This document shows, in pieces, positions 1 to 11,389 of a stretch of 64,000 nucleotides of DNA. Both the position numbers and the translations under genes were made by a program. The notes below the pieces were generated by a model that saw only the letters and a program-made list of their open reading frames with translations, searched no databases and was not told the DNA's origin. How positions within the stretch are numbered: position 1 is the stretch's first letter; each line of letters opens with the position of its first letter. Origin of the DNA: an uncultured Chloroflexia bacterium (GTDB lineage: Bacteria > Chloroflexota > Anaerolineae > CG2-30-64-16); NCBI GenBank assembly GCA_963774265.1, contig CAVZDU010000009.1, positions 1 to 64,000 of the forward strand. The letters are read 5' to 3'.

Positions 1-443
1 TGCGTGGACCTCTATCTTGCGAAACGTGCTGGCAGGAGCCGGCCTGGCAGCGTGGTTCCCGGCGCTGGTCGCGTCGTTCCGGTGGGCCGTGCTCAGCGGC
101 GCACCCGGCGAAGCGGTCGACCCGCTGCTGCCGCCCGATGCGCACGTGATGCGCGGGCGAACGCAGCGATCCAGGCCGCGCCGTGGCGCTGGCCGCTTTC
201 CCGCTGCTCACCGCAGCGCTGCTCGTGGGGGGCATCGGGGACTTGCTGGCCTTCGCGGCGCCCTGGCGCGCTGTGGCAGGTGAGTTGTGGGTATTCGCCG
301 CGTGGTGCATGGCCGCAGCCTATCTCCATGCAACTTCGGGCTGGCGGCCTCTGCGCGTGCCATCCTGGCTCCCGGTAACGCTGGCGGCCGCGACGCTGGC
401 AGCCGGGGTCGCCGCTGCACTGGCAGCAGCGTCTCTGCCCTGA
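1..443 (+). CDS. C-terminal part of a membrane protein, CcsA/CcmC cytochrome c assembly-like (degenerate); 5'-truncated, frameshift ~180
   Basis: Hydrophobic helices; 'PWRAVAGELWVFAAWCMAAAYLH' resembles the WWD-domain 'W..W...aYLH' segment of CcsA. Confidence 0.45.
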
Positions 444-492
444 TCCAGACATTCGGTCATCCGCGCGATGTGTGACGCTTTGTGAGGTGCGC

Positions 493-1123
493 ATGAAACC
501 GATCACTTTGGGTGTATGTGGCGGCACCGGGTCCGGCAAGACAACCGTGGCGCGGCGAATCCTGGAACGCGTCGGTGTAAACCGGGTGGCATTCCTGCCC
601 CACGACGCATACTACAAACCTGCGGCGCATCTGCCGCCCGAAGAACGGGCGAAACTTAACTTCGACCATCCTGACTCACTGGACAATGATCTGCTCATCG
701 AGCACCTGATCGAATTGCAGGCGGGCCGGCCTGTCGAAATTCCCGTCTACGACTTCAAGATCCACAGCCGCCGGTCGGAAACGCTCCACGTCGACCCACA
801 GCCTGTGATCCTGGTCGATGGTATCCTGATCTTCGCGGACAAGCGTCTGCGCGACCTCATGGACGTCAAGATTTATGTCGACGCGGACGCAGACATCCGG
901 CTCCTGCGCCGCCTCGAGCGCGAACATCAGCGAACGCGGGCGCTCGATCCAGTCTGTCATCAACCAGTACATGACCACAGTCCGGCCGATGCACCTGGAG
1001 TTCGTGGAACCGAGCAAGCGCTATGCCGACGTGATCATCCCCGAAGGCGGCTTTAACGAGATCGCGATCGACATGGTGGCCAGCCGGCTGCGCGCACTCA
1101 TCAGCGACGCGCCTGGCCTGTGA
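493..1123 (+). CDS. udk: Uridine kinase (frameshift ~920)
   Basis: [10 protein letters not shown]-loop, NFDHPDSLD, then [24 protein letters not shown] in the second frame. Confidence 0.93.
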
Positions 1124-1136
1124 AAGAGGTCCAACT

Positions 1137-2127
<991 letters not shown>

Positions 2128-2138
2128 GGGGTTGAAGA

Positions 2139-2764
2139 GTGACTGACCAAAATATCTCTGTACATCCGAGCGCCTACGTGGATGAGCCGTGCGAGATCGG
2201 CGCGGGCACCAAGATCTGGCACTTCTGCCACGTCATGACAGGCGCGACGCATCGGTCGCGCGCTGCAACCTGGGGCAGAACGTCTTCGTGGCGAACGATG
2301 TGGTCATCGGGAACAACGTCAAGATCCAGAACAATGTCTCGGTCTACACCGGCGTGAAGCTGGAGGATGACGTGTTCTGCGGCCCGTCGTGCGTGTTCAC
2401 CAACGTGATCAACCCGCGCTCGCAGATCGTCCGGCACAGCCAGTATCATGCGGACGCTGGTGCGCCGCGGCGCGACGATCGGCGCCAACGCGACCATCGT
2501 CTGCGGCGCGACCATCGGCCGCTACGCGTTCATCGGCGCGGGCGCGGTGGTGCGGGGCGATGTGCCCGACTATGCGCTGATGCTCGGCGTGCCGGCGCGG
2601 CGCCGCGGCTGGATGAGCCGCCACGGCCACCGCCTGCCGCCCCCGGACGCGGCCGGCATCATGGTCTGCCCGGAAAGCGGTTGGCGCTATCAGGAAGTCG
2701 AGCCGGACGTGCTCCGCTGCCTCGACTGGCCGGAAGATACACCGTTGCACGTTGGGACGGTTGA
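2139..2764 (+). CDS. Hexapeptide-repeat N-acetyltransferase, WbpD/WlbB-like (frameshifts; 3' end uncertain)
   Basis: [58 protein letters not shown] across frames. Confidence 0.88.
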
Positions 2765-2795
2765 ACGTTCAACGTGCAACTGCAATGATGCAAAG

Positions 2796-3962
2796 ATGTC
2801 CGACACTCAACCCATTCCCACTGCTTCGACCTGAAGGCGCAGTACGCGCCGATCCGCGAGGAGATCCGCGCGGCGATGGATCGCGTGGCCGATGCGCAGT
2901 ACTTCATCGGCGGCCCGGAGGTCGAGGCGCTGGAGAAGCGAGGTCGCCGCCTATTCGCAGTGCCAGTTCGGCATCGGCGTCTCGTCGGGCACCGACGCGC
3001 TGCTCGTGGCGCTGATGGCCGATCGGCATCCGGCCCGGCGACGAGGTGATCACCACGCCGTACACCTTCTTCGCCACCGGCCGGCTGCATCGCACCGCCT
3101 GGGCGCCGATGCCGGTCTTCGTCGACATCGACCCGCTCACCTACAACATCGACCCGGCGCAGATCGAGGCCGCGATCACCGCGCAGACGAAGGCGATCAT
3201 CCCCGTGCACCTCTACGGCCAGATGGCCGACATGGACCCGATCATGGAGATCGCCGCGCGGCACAACCTGGTCGTGATCGAGGACGCCGCGCAGGCCATC
3301 GGCGCGGAGTACCACGGCCGGCGCGCCGGCTCCATCGGCCACTTCGGCTGCTTCAGCTTCTTCCCCTCGAAGAACCTGGGCGGCTTCGGCGACGGCGGCA
3401 TGGTCACGACCAACGATCCCGACCCTGGCGCAGCAAGGTCGAAGCTGCTGCGCAACCACGGCGCGGAGCCGAAGTACTACCACAAGCTCGTCGGCGGCAA
3501 CTTCCGGCTGGACGCGCTGCAGGCCGCCGATCCTGCGGATCAAGCTGCAAGTACCTGGACGGCTGGACCGCGGGCCGCCAGCGGAACGCCGCGCGCTATC
3601 GCCAGTTGTTCGCCGGCGCCAACCTGGTCGCCGTCGGCGTATCAGCTGCGGGCCAGGACGGCGTAATCCTCCCGACCGAGGCGTCCAAGCGGCGGCACAT
3701 CTACAACCAGTTCGTGATCCGCACCGACCGCCGCGATGCAGTTATGGCGAAGCTCAAGGAACGCAGAATCGGGTGCGAGATCTACTATCCCGTGCCGCTG
3801 CACCTGCAGGAGTGCTTCGCGGAGCTGGGATACGCGCCCGGCCGCATGCCCCATGCGGAGCTTGCAGCCAGGGAGACCCTGGCCCTGCCGATCTATCCGG
3901 AGCTGACGGAAGAGATGCAGGCAGCCGTGGTCCAGGCGGTCGCCGACGCGTACGCAGCTTAG
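2796..3962 (+). CDS. DegT/DnrJ/EryC1/StrS aminotransferase, WbpE-like (several frameshifts)
   Basis: [47 protein letters not shown] (PLP lysine), [10 protein letters not shown]. Confidence 0.9.
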
Positions 3963-3986
3963 AGATTCACCGTTCTTTGTGATGTC

Positions 3987-5057
3987 ATGAAGATCGTTAC
4001 CGTGGTTGGCGCCAGGCCGCAGTTCATCAAAGCTGCGGCCGTCGGCCGCGCCCTGCGTGCGCCCGGGGCCGGCCACACCGAGGTGCTGGTGCACACGGGA
4101 CAGCACTATGACCGGGAGATGTCCGACCGCTTCTTCGAAGAGCTCGCCATCCCCCGGCCGGACTACGAGCTGGGCGTGGGATCGGGCGGGCACGGCTGGC
4201 AGACCGGGCAGATGTTGATCCACATCGAAGAGGTGCTGCAGGTCGAACGCCCTGCCTGGGTCCTGGTCTACGGAGACACCAACTCCACACTGGCAGGCGC
4301 GCTGGCCGCGGCCAAGCTGGGGATACGCGTGGCGCACGTCGAAGCCGGACTGCGTAGCTTCAACCGGTCCATGCCCGAGGAGCACAACCGCGTGCTCACC
4401 GACCACTGCTCAGACCTGCTCTTCTGCCCCACCCGCGGCGCGGCAGAGCAACTGGCGCGGGAGGGCGTCACAAGCGGCATCCACGTTGTCGGCGACGTCA
4501 TGTTCGACGCTGCGCTGCAGTTTGCCGGCCTCGCCCGCGAGCGTTCGACCGCCCTGCAAAGGTTGGGACTGGCTCCGAAGACCTATGCTCTGGCCACGCT
4601 ACACCGGCCGTACAACGTCGATGATCCGGAGCGCCTCCGCCAGGTGTTGGATGCGCTGGGCCGGTTGGCGATGCCGGTGGTGTTCCCGGTGCATCCGCGC
4701 ACGCGGTCGCGCCTGGCCGAAATCGGCAATCCGCAATCGTCGATCCTCAGTCTTCAATGCATCGACCCCATCGGCTACCTCGACATGTTGGCCCTCGAAC
4801 AGAACGCAGCGTTGATCCTGACCGACTCGGGCGGCGTGCAGAAAGAGGCCTACTTCTTCGCCACGCCCTGCATCACCCTCCGCCCGGAGACGGAGTGGGT
4901 GGAGACCGTGGCCGCGGGATGGAATCGGCTGGCATGGGGGGATGCGGATGTGGTGCTCGAAGCCGCGCGGCGGCCCTGGCCCACCGAAGCGCCGCCGCCC
5001 ACATTCGGCGATGGTCAAGCCAGCGAAAAAATCGTCGTACACCTGCAGGAGAGTTGA
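3987..5057 (+). CDS. wecB: UDP-N-acetylglucosamine 2-epimerase (non-hydrolysing; WecB/WbpI-like)
   Basis: VVGARPQFIK, HTGQHYD, YGDTNST, HVEAGLRS, TDSGGVQKEA. Confidence 0.93.
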   Translation: MKIVTVVGARPQFIKAAAVGRALRAPGAGHTEVLVHTGQHYDREMSDRFFEELAIPRPDYELGVGSGGHGWQTGQMLIHIEEVLQVERPAWVLVYGDTNSTLAGALAAAKLGIRVAHVEAGLRSFNRSMPEEHNRVLTDHCSDLLFCPTRGAAEQLAREGVTSGIHVVGDVMFDAALQFAGLARERSTALQRLGLAPKTYALATLHRPYNVDDPERLRQVLDALGRLAMPVVFPVHPRTRSRLAEIGNPQSSILSLQCIDPIGYLDMLALEQNAALILTDSGGVQKEAYFFATPCITLRPETEWVETVAAGWNRLAWGDADVVLEAARRPWPTEAPPPTFGDGQASEKIVVHLQES

Positions 5058-5105
5058 GCCATTCGCGCACTGGTCAAGGCCACACTTACGATCGGCGCGG
5101 CCACG

Positions 5106-6563
5106 GTGGCGACCATGGCCATCAACCTCGTGCGTGTCAAAATCGTAGCCGTGCTCCTGTTGCCTTACGGCGTGGGCATCACCTCGCAAGTCACCAACCT
5201 GATCAACACCCTCACCGTGCTCTTGTTTCTCGGGCTCGGACCGGGTGTGGCCAAGTTCCTGGCCAGCCACCGCGAGACTGGGGATGAGGCGGCCGCGGCC
5301 CGGGTGGTCACGACCAGCACCGCGGTCTTGCTCGTCACCTCGTTCATGGGGCTGGTCATCGGCTTGGCGCTCGCCCGCCCGATCGCGGGCTGGGCGCTTC
5401 AGGACACATCACTCGTCATTCTCGTCCTCATCGGCCTGATCGGCGTCCCCTTCTCCGTGTTCTACAATCTCGGCCGCGCGTTTCTGCAGGGTCATAAGGC
5501 CGTGCGGGCGATTGCGGTTGCTAACGTGGCGAGCGCGGCGCTCAGCTTCGCCACGGTTGTGCCCCTGGTCTATTGGCTGGGCGTCCGGGGTGCCGTGATC
5601 AACATCGGCCTTACATGGGCGCTCAACGCCGGGTTTTATTGGTACTTCTGGCTGCGGGGAGACGGGGCACGGTTCTTCCGCCGCGGCGCGTTCGATTGGC
5701 CCGTGGCGCGCGAGCTCGTGCGATACGGCGCGGCCAGCCTGGCTGTCGGTGCAGCCGCCTCGTTGGCACTCCTGGCTGTGCGCAGCCTCATCATCAATCA
5801 ATTTGGCGCGGAGCAAAACGGGCTGTACCAGGCAGTGTATGGGCTCTCGGTGCAATACATGACGCTGGTGACGGGCGCAATGGCCACGTACTCGTTCGCG
5901 CAAATCTCAGGCATCGCCAGCCGGCTGGAGCGAGATACATCCAGCCGCGGGGAGCTCGAACGGGAGATCAACAACAACGTCCGCCTGGTGCTGCTGGTCA
6001 TCGTGCCGGTGCTTGCCGGCGTCGTGCTGCTGCGCAAGGTGGGTCTGATCGTCTTCTACAGCCCGGCGTTCTTGCCCGCGGCTCCCTTGTTCTCGCTGCA
6101 GGCCCTCGGAGACCTCTTCCTGGCGTGCGCGTGGGCCTTCGGGCTGGCGCTCCTGCCGCTCGGCCGTGTTGGCCCGTGGCTGCTGATCAATCTGAGCGCG
6201 CCCCTGGTGCTCCTGGTGGGCTCGTCCGCGCTGCTGCCCCAGATTGGGCTGGCCGGGGTCGTGACAGCGTACGCGGTCGGGCAGGCGCTCCAGGCCGCGC
6301 TGAGCTGGTGGTATCTCCGCCGTGTGACAGGGTTCCGGCTGTCGCGGATGAACCTGCGACTGCTGAGCATGTCGGTCGTCACGATGGCCGCGCTGGCCGT
6401 GTTCTCGCGGGGCGATCTCGCCGGATACCTCATCTCAGGGGCCTTCCTGGTGCTGTGGGCGCTGCTTGCACCGACGCGTGACGAGTTGCGGCACGCCACC
6501 CTGGCGGTGCGGGTGCGGATCGACAGGCTCGCTGCGGCCCTGCGCAAGGGGAGGGACAAGTGA
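5106..6563 (+). CDS. Polysaccharide flippase (Wzx/MATE-like); true start probably ~5054-5061
   Basis: About 12 hydrophobic segments, inside a sugar-synthesis operon. Confidence 0.8.
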   Translation: MATMAINLVRVKIVAVLLLPYGVGITSQVTNLINTLTVLLFLGLGPGVAKFLASHRETGDEAAAARVVTTSTAVLLVTSFMGLVIGLALARPIAGWALQDTSLVILVLIGLIGVPFSVFYNLGRAFLQGHKAVRAIAVANVASAALSFATVVPLVYWLGVRGAVINIGLTWALNAGFYWYFWLRGDGARFFRRGAFDWPVARELVRYGAASLAVGAAASLALLAVRSLIINQFGAEQNGLYQAVYGLSVQYMTLVTGAMATYSFAQISGIASRLERDTSSRGELEREINNNVRLVLLVIVPVLAGVVLLRKVGLIVFYSPAFLPAAPLFSLQALGDLFLACAWAFGLALLPLGRVGPWLLINLSAPLVLLVGSSALLPQIGLAGVVTAYAVGQALQAALSWWYLRRVTGFRLSRMNLRLLSMSVVTMAALAVFSRGDLAGYLISGAFLVLWALLAPTRDELRHATLAVRVRIDRLAAALRKGRDK

Positions 6564-7450
6564 CGACTGTGGCAGTCCTGGGCACGTTCGACACGGCCGC
6601 GGAGAACAGCGAGATCGTCGCGCGCCATATCGAAGCTGCCGGCGGTCGGGCGATCCGCATCCACCGCGACGAACCCTGGGGCAGTAAGATCCGCAAGATA
6701 CTGCCCAGCCAGGTGGTGTATGGCACGGGTTTCGGGTTCGCGGCCAGGCTTTGGGCGCTGGCGCGGGTGATGGGCAAGCGGACGATCAACCACTGGGTGG
6801 GGACCGATGTGCTCATGGTGCTGGAGGACGCGAGGCTGCAGCCGATGGCGCGGGGGGCAGCGCGTTTCATCAGCCAACACCTGACCGTCGCGCCGTGGCT
6901 GGTCGAGGAACTCGCGACGGCCGGCATTCGCGCGGACCTCCTCCCGCTGGTGACGCCGGAGCGCTACAATCTGCGCACGCGACCGGCCCCGGCAGGCGTG
7001 CTGGCCTACCTGCCGGATGACCGTGCGGATTTCTACGGCGGCCAGATCGTCTACGCGGCGGCGCGCCAATTGCCCGAGATTCCTTTCGCCGTGGTCGCGG
7101 GCACGCAGGAGCGACAGCCCGCGCTCCCGAACGTGCGCTACTTCGGCTGGGTCAGCGACATAGCGCCCCTGTACGAACAATACCCGATCCTGCTGCGGGT
7201 TGCACGCCACGATGGGCTTCCGAAGATGGTGCTGGAGGCGCTGGCGTTCGGCAACCAGGTCATCTTCGAATATCCCCTTGGGGGCTGCCGCCACGCGACC
7301 ACAGCGGCCGGGGTGCTGGCAGCCGTCCATGCCATCATCGCCGAGGGGTGTCCGGTCAACATCGCCGGAGCCGAGCATGTGCGGGAGCACTACCGGCACG
7401 ATCAGCTCGTCGGCGCACTGCTGGGGACGCTGGGGGTGGAGGGGCGATGA
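6560..7450 (+). CDS. Putative GT-B glycosyltransferase
   Basis: HWVGTDV; 'HDGLPKMVLEALAFG' acceptor/nucleotide motif; overlaps neighbours. Confidence 0.65.
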   Translation: MTTVAVLGTFDTAAENSEIVARHIEAAGGRAIRIHRDEPWGSKIRKILPSQVVYGTGFGFAARLWALARVMGKRTINHWVGTDVLMVLEDARLQPMARGAARFISQHLTVAPWLVEELATAGIRADLLPLVTPERYNLRTRPAPAGVLAYLPDDRADFYGGQIVYAAARQLPEIPFAVVAGTQERQPALPNVRYFGWVSDIAPLYEQYPILLRVARHDGLPKMVLEALAFGNQVIFEYPLGGCRHATTAAGVLAAVHAIIAEGCPVNIAGAEHVREHYRHDQLVGALLGTLGVEGR

Positions 7451-8736
7451 GCGAGCGCACCGTGTTGATCGTCGTCCACGACTACCCGCCGATCCGCTCC
7501 GCGGGGACGGAGCGCGTGCTCAAGTTCTGCCAGTACCTGCCTGACTTCGGTTACCGGCCGGTCATCCTGACGACGGGGCGCTATGGCGGACTCCCCGACG
7601 ACGCGACGAGGGGCGTCCACCGCGCGGACGACCTGGTGCACGCGCTGTTCAGCCCATTGCGTCGTGGCAAGGCGGCCGGCGTCGCGGCTGAGGAGCAGGT
7701 GCGCATCGCCACCGTGTCCGGCGGCAGCCACCTGGGCCGGCTGCGTGACCGCTGGATGATCCCGGATACGAAGATCGGCTGGCTGCCCCCCGCGGTGCAC
7801 CTTGGCCGGCGGCTCATAGCCGGGCGCCGTCCCGACCTGATATTCAGCAGCTCACCCCCGGAGACCACACACCTCATCGCAGGGCGGTTGGCACGCGCCA
7901 GCGGTGTTCCGTGGGTGGCGGACCTGCGCGATGGCTGGCTGTTCGAGCCGCCAGTGCCCAGCTTGCGCAGCGGCCGGCTCCGCCGCTCCGTTGAATCAGG
8001 CATGGAAGCGGGCATGGTCGAAACCGCCGCGACGGTGGTGGCTGTCACGGATCCGATCGCCGAGGATTTGCGGGCGCGCTATGCAGGACGCATCCGCCGG
8101 ACCGCAACGATCAGCAACGGGTATGACGCCGCGGACTTCGCCGCCCTCTCGACGCAGCGCGGCGCCGACGGCCTGTTCCGGCTGACCTATACCGGCGCCT
8201 TTTCCGGCAGCAGCCAGGGACGGTCGGCCGGCGCCCTGTTCGCGGCCGCCGGGCAAATCCTCCGTGCCGACCCGCAGACGTCCTTGCGGCTGGAGATCGT
8301 CGGGCCGACCAGCGAAGGGGAGCGCGGGCTGGCGGAGGCACACGGTGTGGCGTCCATCGTCTCGTTTGTCGCCCCCGTACCGCGGCGGCAGGCCTACCAG
8401 CACCAGCTTGACGCGGACGCGCTGCTCCTGGTCACCGTGCCGGGGGTGCGCAGTGTCGCCACGTCCAAGCTGTATGATTACATCGGCGCGGGCAGGCCGA
8501 TCCTGGCGCTGGCACAGGGCAACGCGGCCGCGGAGACCGTCGAGCGCTTCGGGCTGGGGCTGATCGTGTCCCCGGATGACGCGACCGCGATTGCGGCCGC
8601 GCTGCACGAGCTGATGCGACGGCACGCCTCGGGGGATGCGTGGCCGGGCTTCGACGAAGCGCGAGGACATTTCGAGCGCCGGGCGTTGACGGGCGCACTT
8701 GCGGCCCTGTTTGACGAGGTATTGGAGGCCGCCTGA
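7447..8736 (+). CDS. Glycosyltransferase family 4
   Basis: YPP..SAG..R, PWVADLRDGW, ISNGYD, SKLYDYIGAGRPIL. Confidence 0.85.
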   Translation: MSERTVLIVVHDYPPIRSAGTERVLKFCQYLPDFGYRPVILTTGRYGGLPDDATRGVHRADDLVHALFSPLRRGKAAGVAAEEQVRIATVSGGSHLGRLRDRWMIPDTKIGWLPPAVHLGRRLIAGRRPDLIFSSSPPETTHLIAGRLARASGVPWVADLRDGWLFEPPVPSLRSGRLRRSVESGMEAGMVETAATVVAVTDPIAEDLRARYAGRIRRTATISNGYDAADFAALSTQRGADGLFRLTYTGAFSGSSQGRSAGALFAAAGQILRADPQTSLRLEIVGPTSEGERGLAEAHGVASIVSFVAPVPRRQAYQHQLDADALLLVTVPGVRSVATSKLYDYIGAGRPILALAQGNAAAETVERFGLGLIVSPDDATAIAAALHELMRRHASGDAWPGFDEARGHFERRALTGALAALFDEVLEAA

Positions 8737-8737
8737 C

Positions 8738-9532
8738 GTGGATCTCTCCGTCATCATCGTCACGTGGAACGTGCGGGAGCAGCTGCGCACCTGCCTCCTT
8801 GCCCTGCCCGCGGCCACCAAAGGGCTCTCCACGGAGATCATTGCGATCGACAACGGATCGACCGACGCTGCAGCGGAGATGTTCGCAGACGAATTTCCCG
8901 AGGTTCGCCTGCTCCGCAACACGGAGAATGCCGGCTTTGCACGGGCGAATAATCAGGGACTGGCCCTGGCCGGCGGACGGTATGTCGTCTTGCTCAACCC
9001 CGACACCGAGCCGCCGCCCCAGTCGCTGACCGATATGGTGCAGTTCATGGACGCGCACCCCGGGGCCGGTGCGGCCGGCCCGCGGCTGGTGCGGCCCGAC
9101 GGGACGCCCCAACCCTACGCGTTCGGCGAGGATCCCTCACCCATCTACCTGCTGCGCCGGGCGCTCGCCCACCGCCGGGGAGGCTATCTGCACGACTGGG
9201 GTGTGACCGAACCGCTGCAGGCCGGCTGGGTTTCCGGTGCGTGCCTGGTCGCGCGGCGCGCGGCGGTCGAGCAGGTGGGCGGCCTGGACGAGCGCATCTT
9301 CATGTACTTCGAAGACAACGACTGGTGCCGGCGGATGCGCCAGGGGGGATGGGAAGTGTGGTACAACCCACGCGCCCAGATGCTGCACATCGGCGGCGCA
9401 AGCTTGAACCAGAATCCCCGCGCCCGCGCCGCCTACTATGATAGCCTCGTCTATTTCTACCGGAAACATTATGGCCGCCTGGCCGGCGCGGCGATGCAAG
9501 GGGTGGTGAGGGTGACGCAACCCATCCGTTGA
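8738..9532 (+). CDS. Glycosyltransferase family 2 (rhamnosyltransferase-like)
   Basis: SVIIVTWN, DNGSTD, NAGFARANN, LLNPDT, FMYFEDNDWC. Confidence 0.9.
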   Translation: MDLSVIIVTWNVREQLRTCLLALPAATKGLSTEIIAIDNGSTDAAAEMFADEFPEVRLLRNTENAGFARANNQGLALAGGRYVVLLNPDTEPPPQSLTDMVQFMDAHPGAGAAGPRLVRPDGTPQPYAFGEDPSPIYLLRRALAHRRGGYLHDWGVTEPLQAGWVSGACLVARRAAVEQVGGLDERIFMYFEDNDWCRRMRQGGWEVWYNPRAQMLHIGGASLNQNPRARAAYYDSLVYFYRKHYGRLAGAAMQGVVRVTQPIR

Positions 9533-9536
9533 TCCG

Positions 9537-10536
9537 CTAAGCTGCACGTTGCGGCGCAGCCCTCTCCATCGCCGCGACGATGTCATCCATCGCGCGGTCA
9601 TATTCCCCATTGACCACCTGGCGCGCGGGATCTGCGTCGTACCACGCCATGATCTCCTCCGCGCCGCGGCGCAAAGGGGATGGTGCAGACGAAATCGGGC
9701 ACGAAAAGCTTGATCTTGCTGTTGTCGAACAGGACGCTATGCGCTTTGTCGCCCAGCAGGCCCGCACCCCATTCCGTATGGTATTGTGCGATCAGCTCTG
9801 ACGGCGCATGCACGATCTTCGGCTCGACGCCCGCGGCCTTGCCCAGCATGCCGTACATCTGGTTCCACGTCAGCAGCTCATCCGAGGTGATCTGGAAGAC
9901 CTCGCCCAGCGCGCGCGTATTGCCGAGCAGGCCGACGAATCCCTTGGCGAAGTCCGTGTGATGCGTGAGGACCCAGGTGGAGGTCCCATCGCCATGGATG
10001 ACGATCGGCTTGCCCGCGCGCATGCGCGCGATCTGGGTGTAACCGCCGGGGCACGGCAGCTTGGTGCGATCGTAGGTGTGAGACGGCCGCACGATGACCG
10101 CGGGAAAATCCTCGTTCCGATAGGCCGCCACGAGCGCATCCTCGCACGCGGCTTTGTCCTGCGCATAGCTCCAGAAGCGATTGCCCACCGGGGTGGATTC
10201 CGTGATCGGTAGCCTGGCAAATGGCTTGCGGTAGACACTCGCCGAGCTGATGAAGATGTACTGCCCGGTGCAGCCGCGAAACAGATCGATGTCGGCCTGC
10301 ACCTGATCGGGCGTGAAGGCGATCCAATCGACGACCGCGTCGAATGAGAGGCCCCGGAGCGCCGCGCGCACGGCCTCGACGTCCCGGATATCGCCGCTAA
10401 TGACACGCGCGCCGTCGGGCGCAGCCCTGGCGGACTGACCGCGAGTGAGCAGATAGAGATCGATGCCCCGCTGAAGCGCCAGCTCGGAGCAGGCGGAGCT
10501 GATGACGCCGGTGCCGCCGATGAAGAGAACGCGCAT
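9537..10536 (-). CDS. NAD-dependent epimerase/dehydratase (extended SDR; frameshift ~9665)
   Basis: MRVLFIGGTGVIS, YIFISSASVY, YxxxK (YAQDK), VRPSHTY. Confidence 0.85.
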
Positions 10537-10649
10537 GCTTGCCTCCGGATGGGAATAATGAAGGGAATCTGGCTGGGCCTGATCGCCCAACTCCATTCTA
10601 CCAAAAAGAAATCGGCGTTCTGTTGGCAAAGAACCCGAAGTGGTGCTGA

Positions 10650-11389
10650 TCAATGATCTTCGTCTGGCGCCGTATTCTTGAGCACGCCGAGGCGGACCCC
10701 CATCTTGTAGAGTCCGCGGCCCATATGGGTGGTCTGCAGCCCCTCCTCGAAGCTGAGCGTTATTCCGTCCTTGCGATACTGCAAATATGTCCTGATTTCC
10801 GGGATCATCGCAAAGACAAAAAGGATGTTGATGACCAGGGCAAAAAGGGCATAGCGCCAATCATGCGTGCGAAACCACAGCCACGGAATCATCAGCCACA
10901 TCCAGCCGATGAAGGTCACCATCCCATCGCGGAGGACAAGCAAGCCCAGGAGGGTGCCCACTAACCAGGTCACCAATGCGCCCAGGGGTGCAACCGCCAC
11001 GAACGCGCCAAACGCGGCGGACAGGCCGCGTCCCCCCTGAACCGGAAGTAGATGGGCCAGATGTGTCCTACCATGCCTGCCGTCGCCGTGAGCAGAAAGT
11101 AGGGTGGCTCGGGCCCGAGGAGAAAGCGAAAAGCCAGCACCGGCAGTAGTACCTTCAGAACATCCAGCATGCCGGCCGTGGCCCCAGCCCAAGGACCAGC
11201 GCGATTGCCCAGCGTCGTGGCGCTCACGAGGTGCAGGCGCATCGGCCGGGCCGCATCATTTGACGAGATCATGGTGTCCTCGGTCAGGTTGGCGCCGGGA
11301 GCTACGAACCGTCCGACGACACGCGCGAAAGAGATCGATCCGAACAGATAGCCGATCAGGATGGCCAGCCCGGCCGTTACCGGTTCCAT
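10650..11389 (-). CDS. PlsY-like glycerol-3-phosphate acyltransferase (frameshift ~11035)
   Basis: GYLFGSISFA, DVLK, GHIWPIYFRF(R)GGRG; motif 1 divergent (VSATT instead of GSGNxGATN). Confidence 0.7.
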
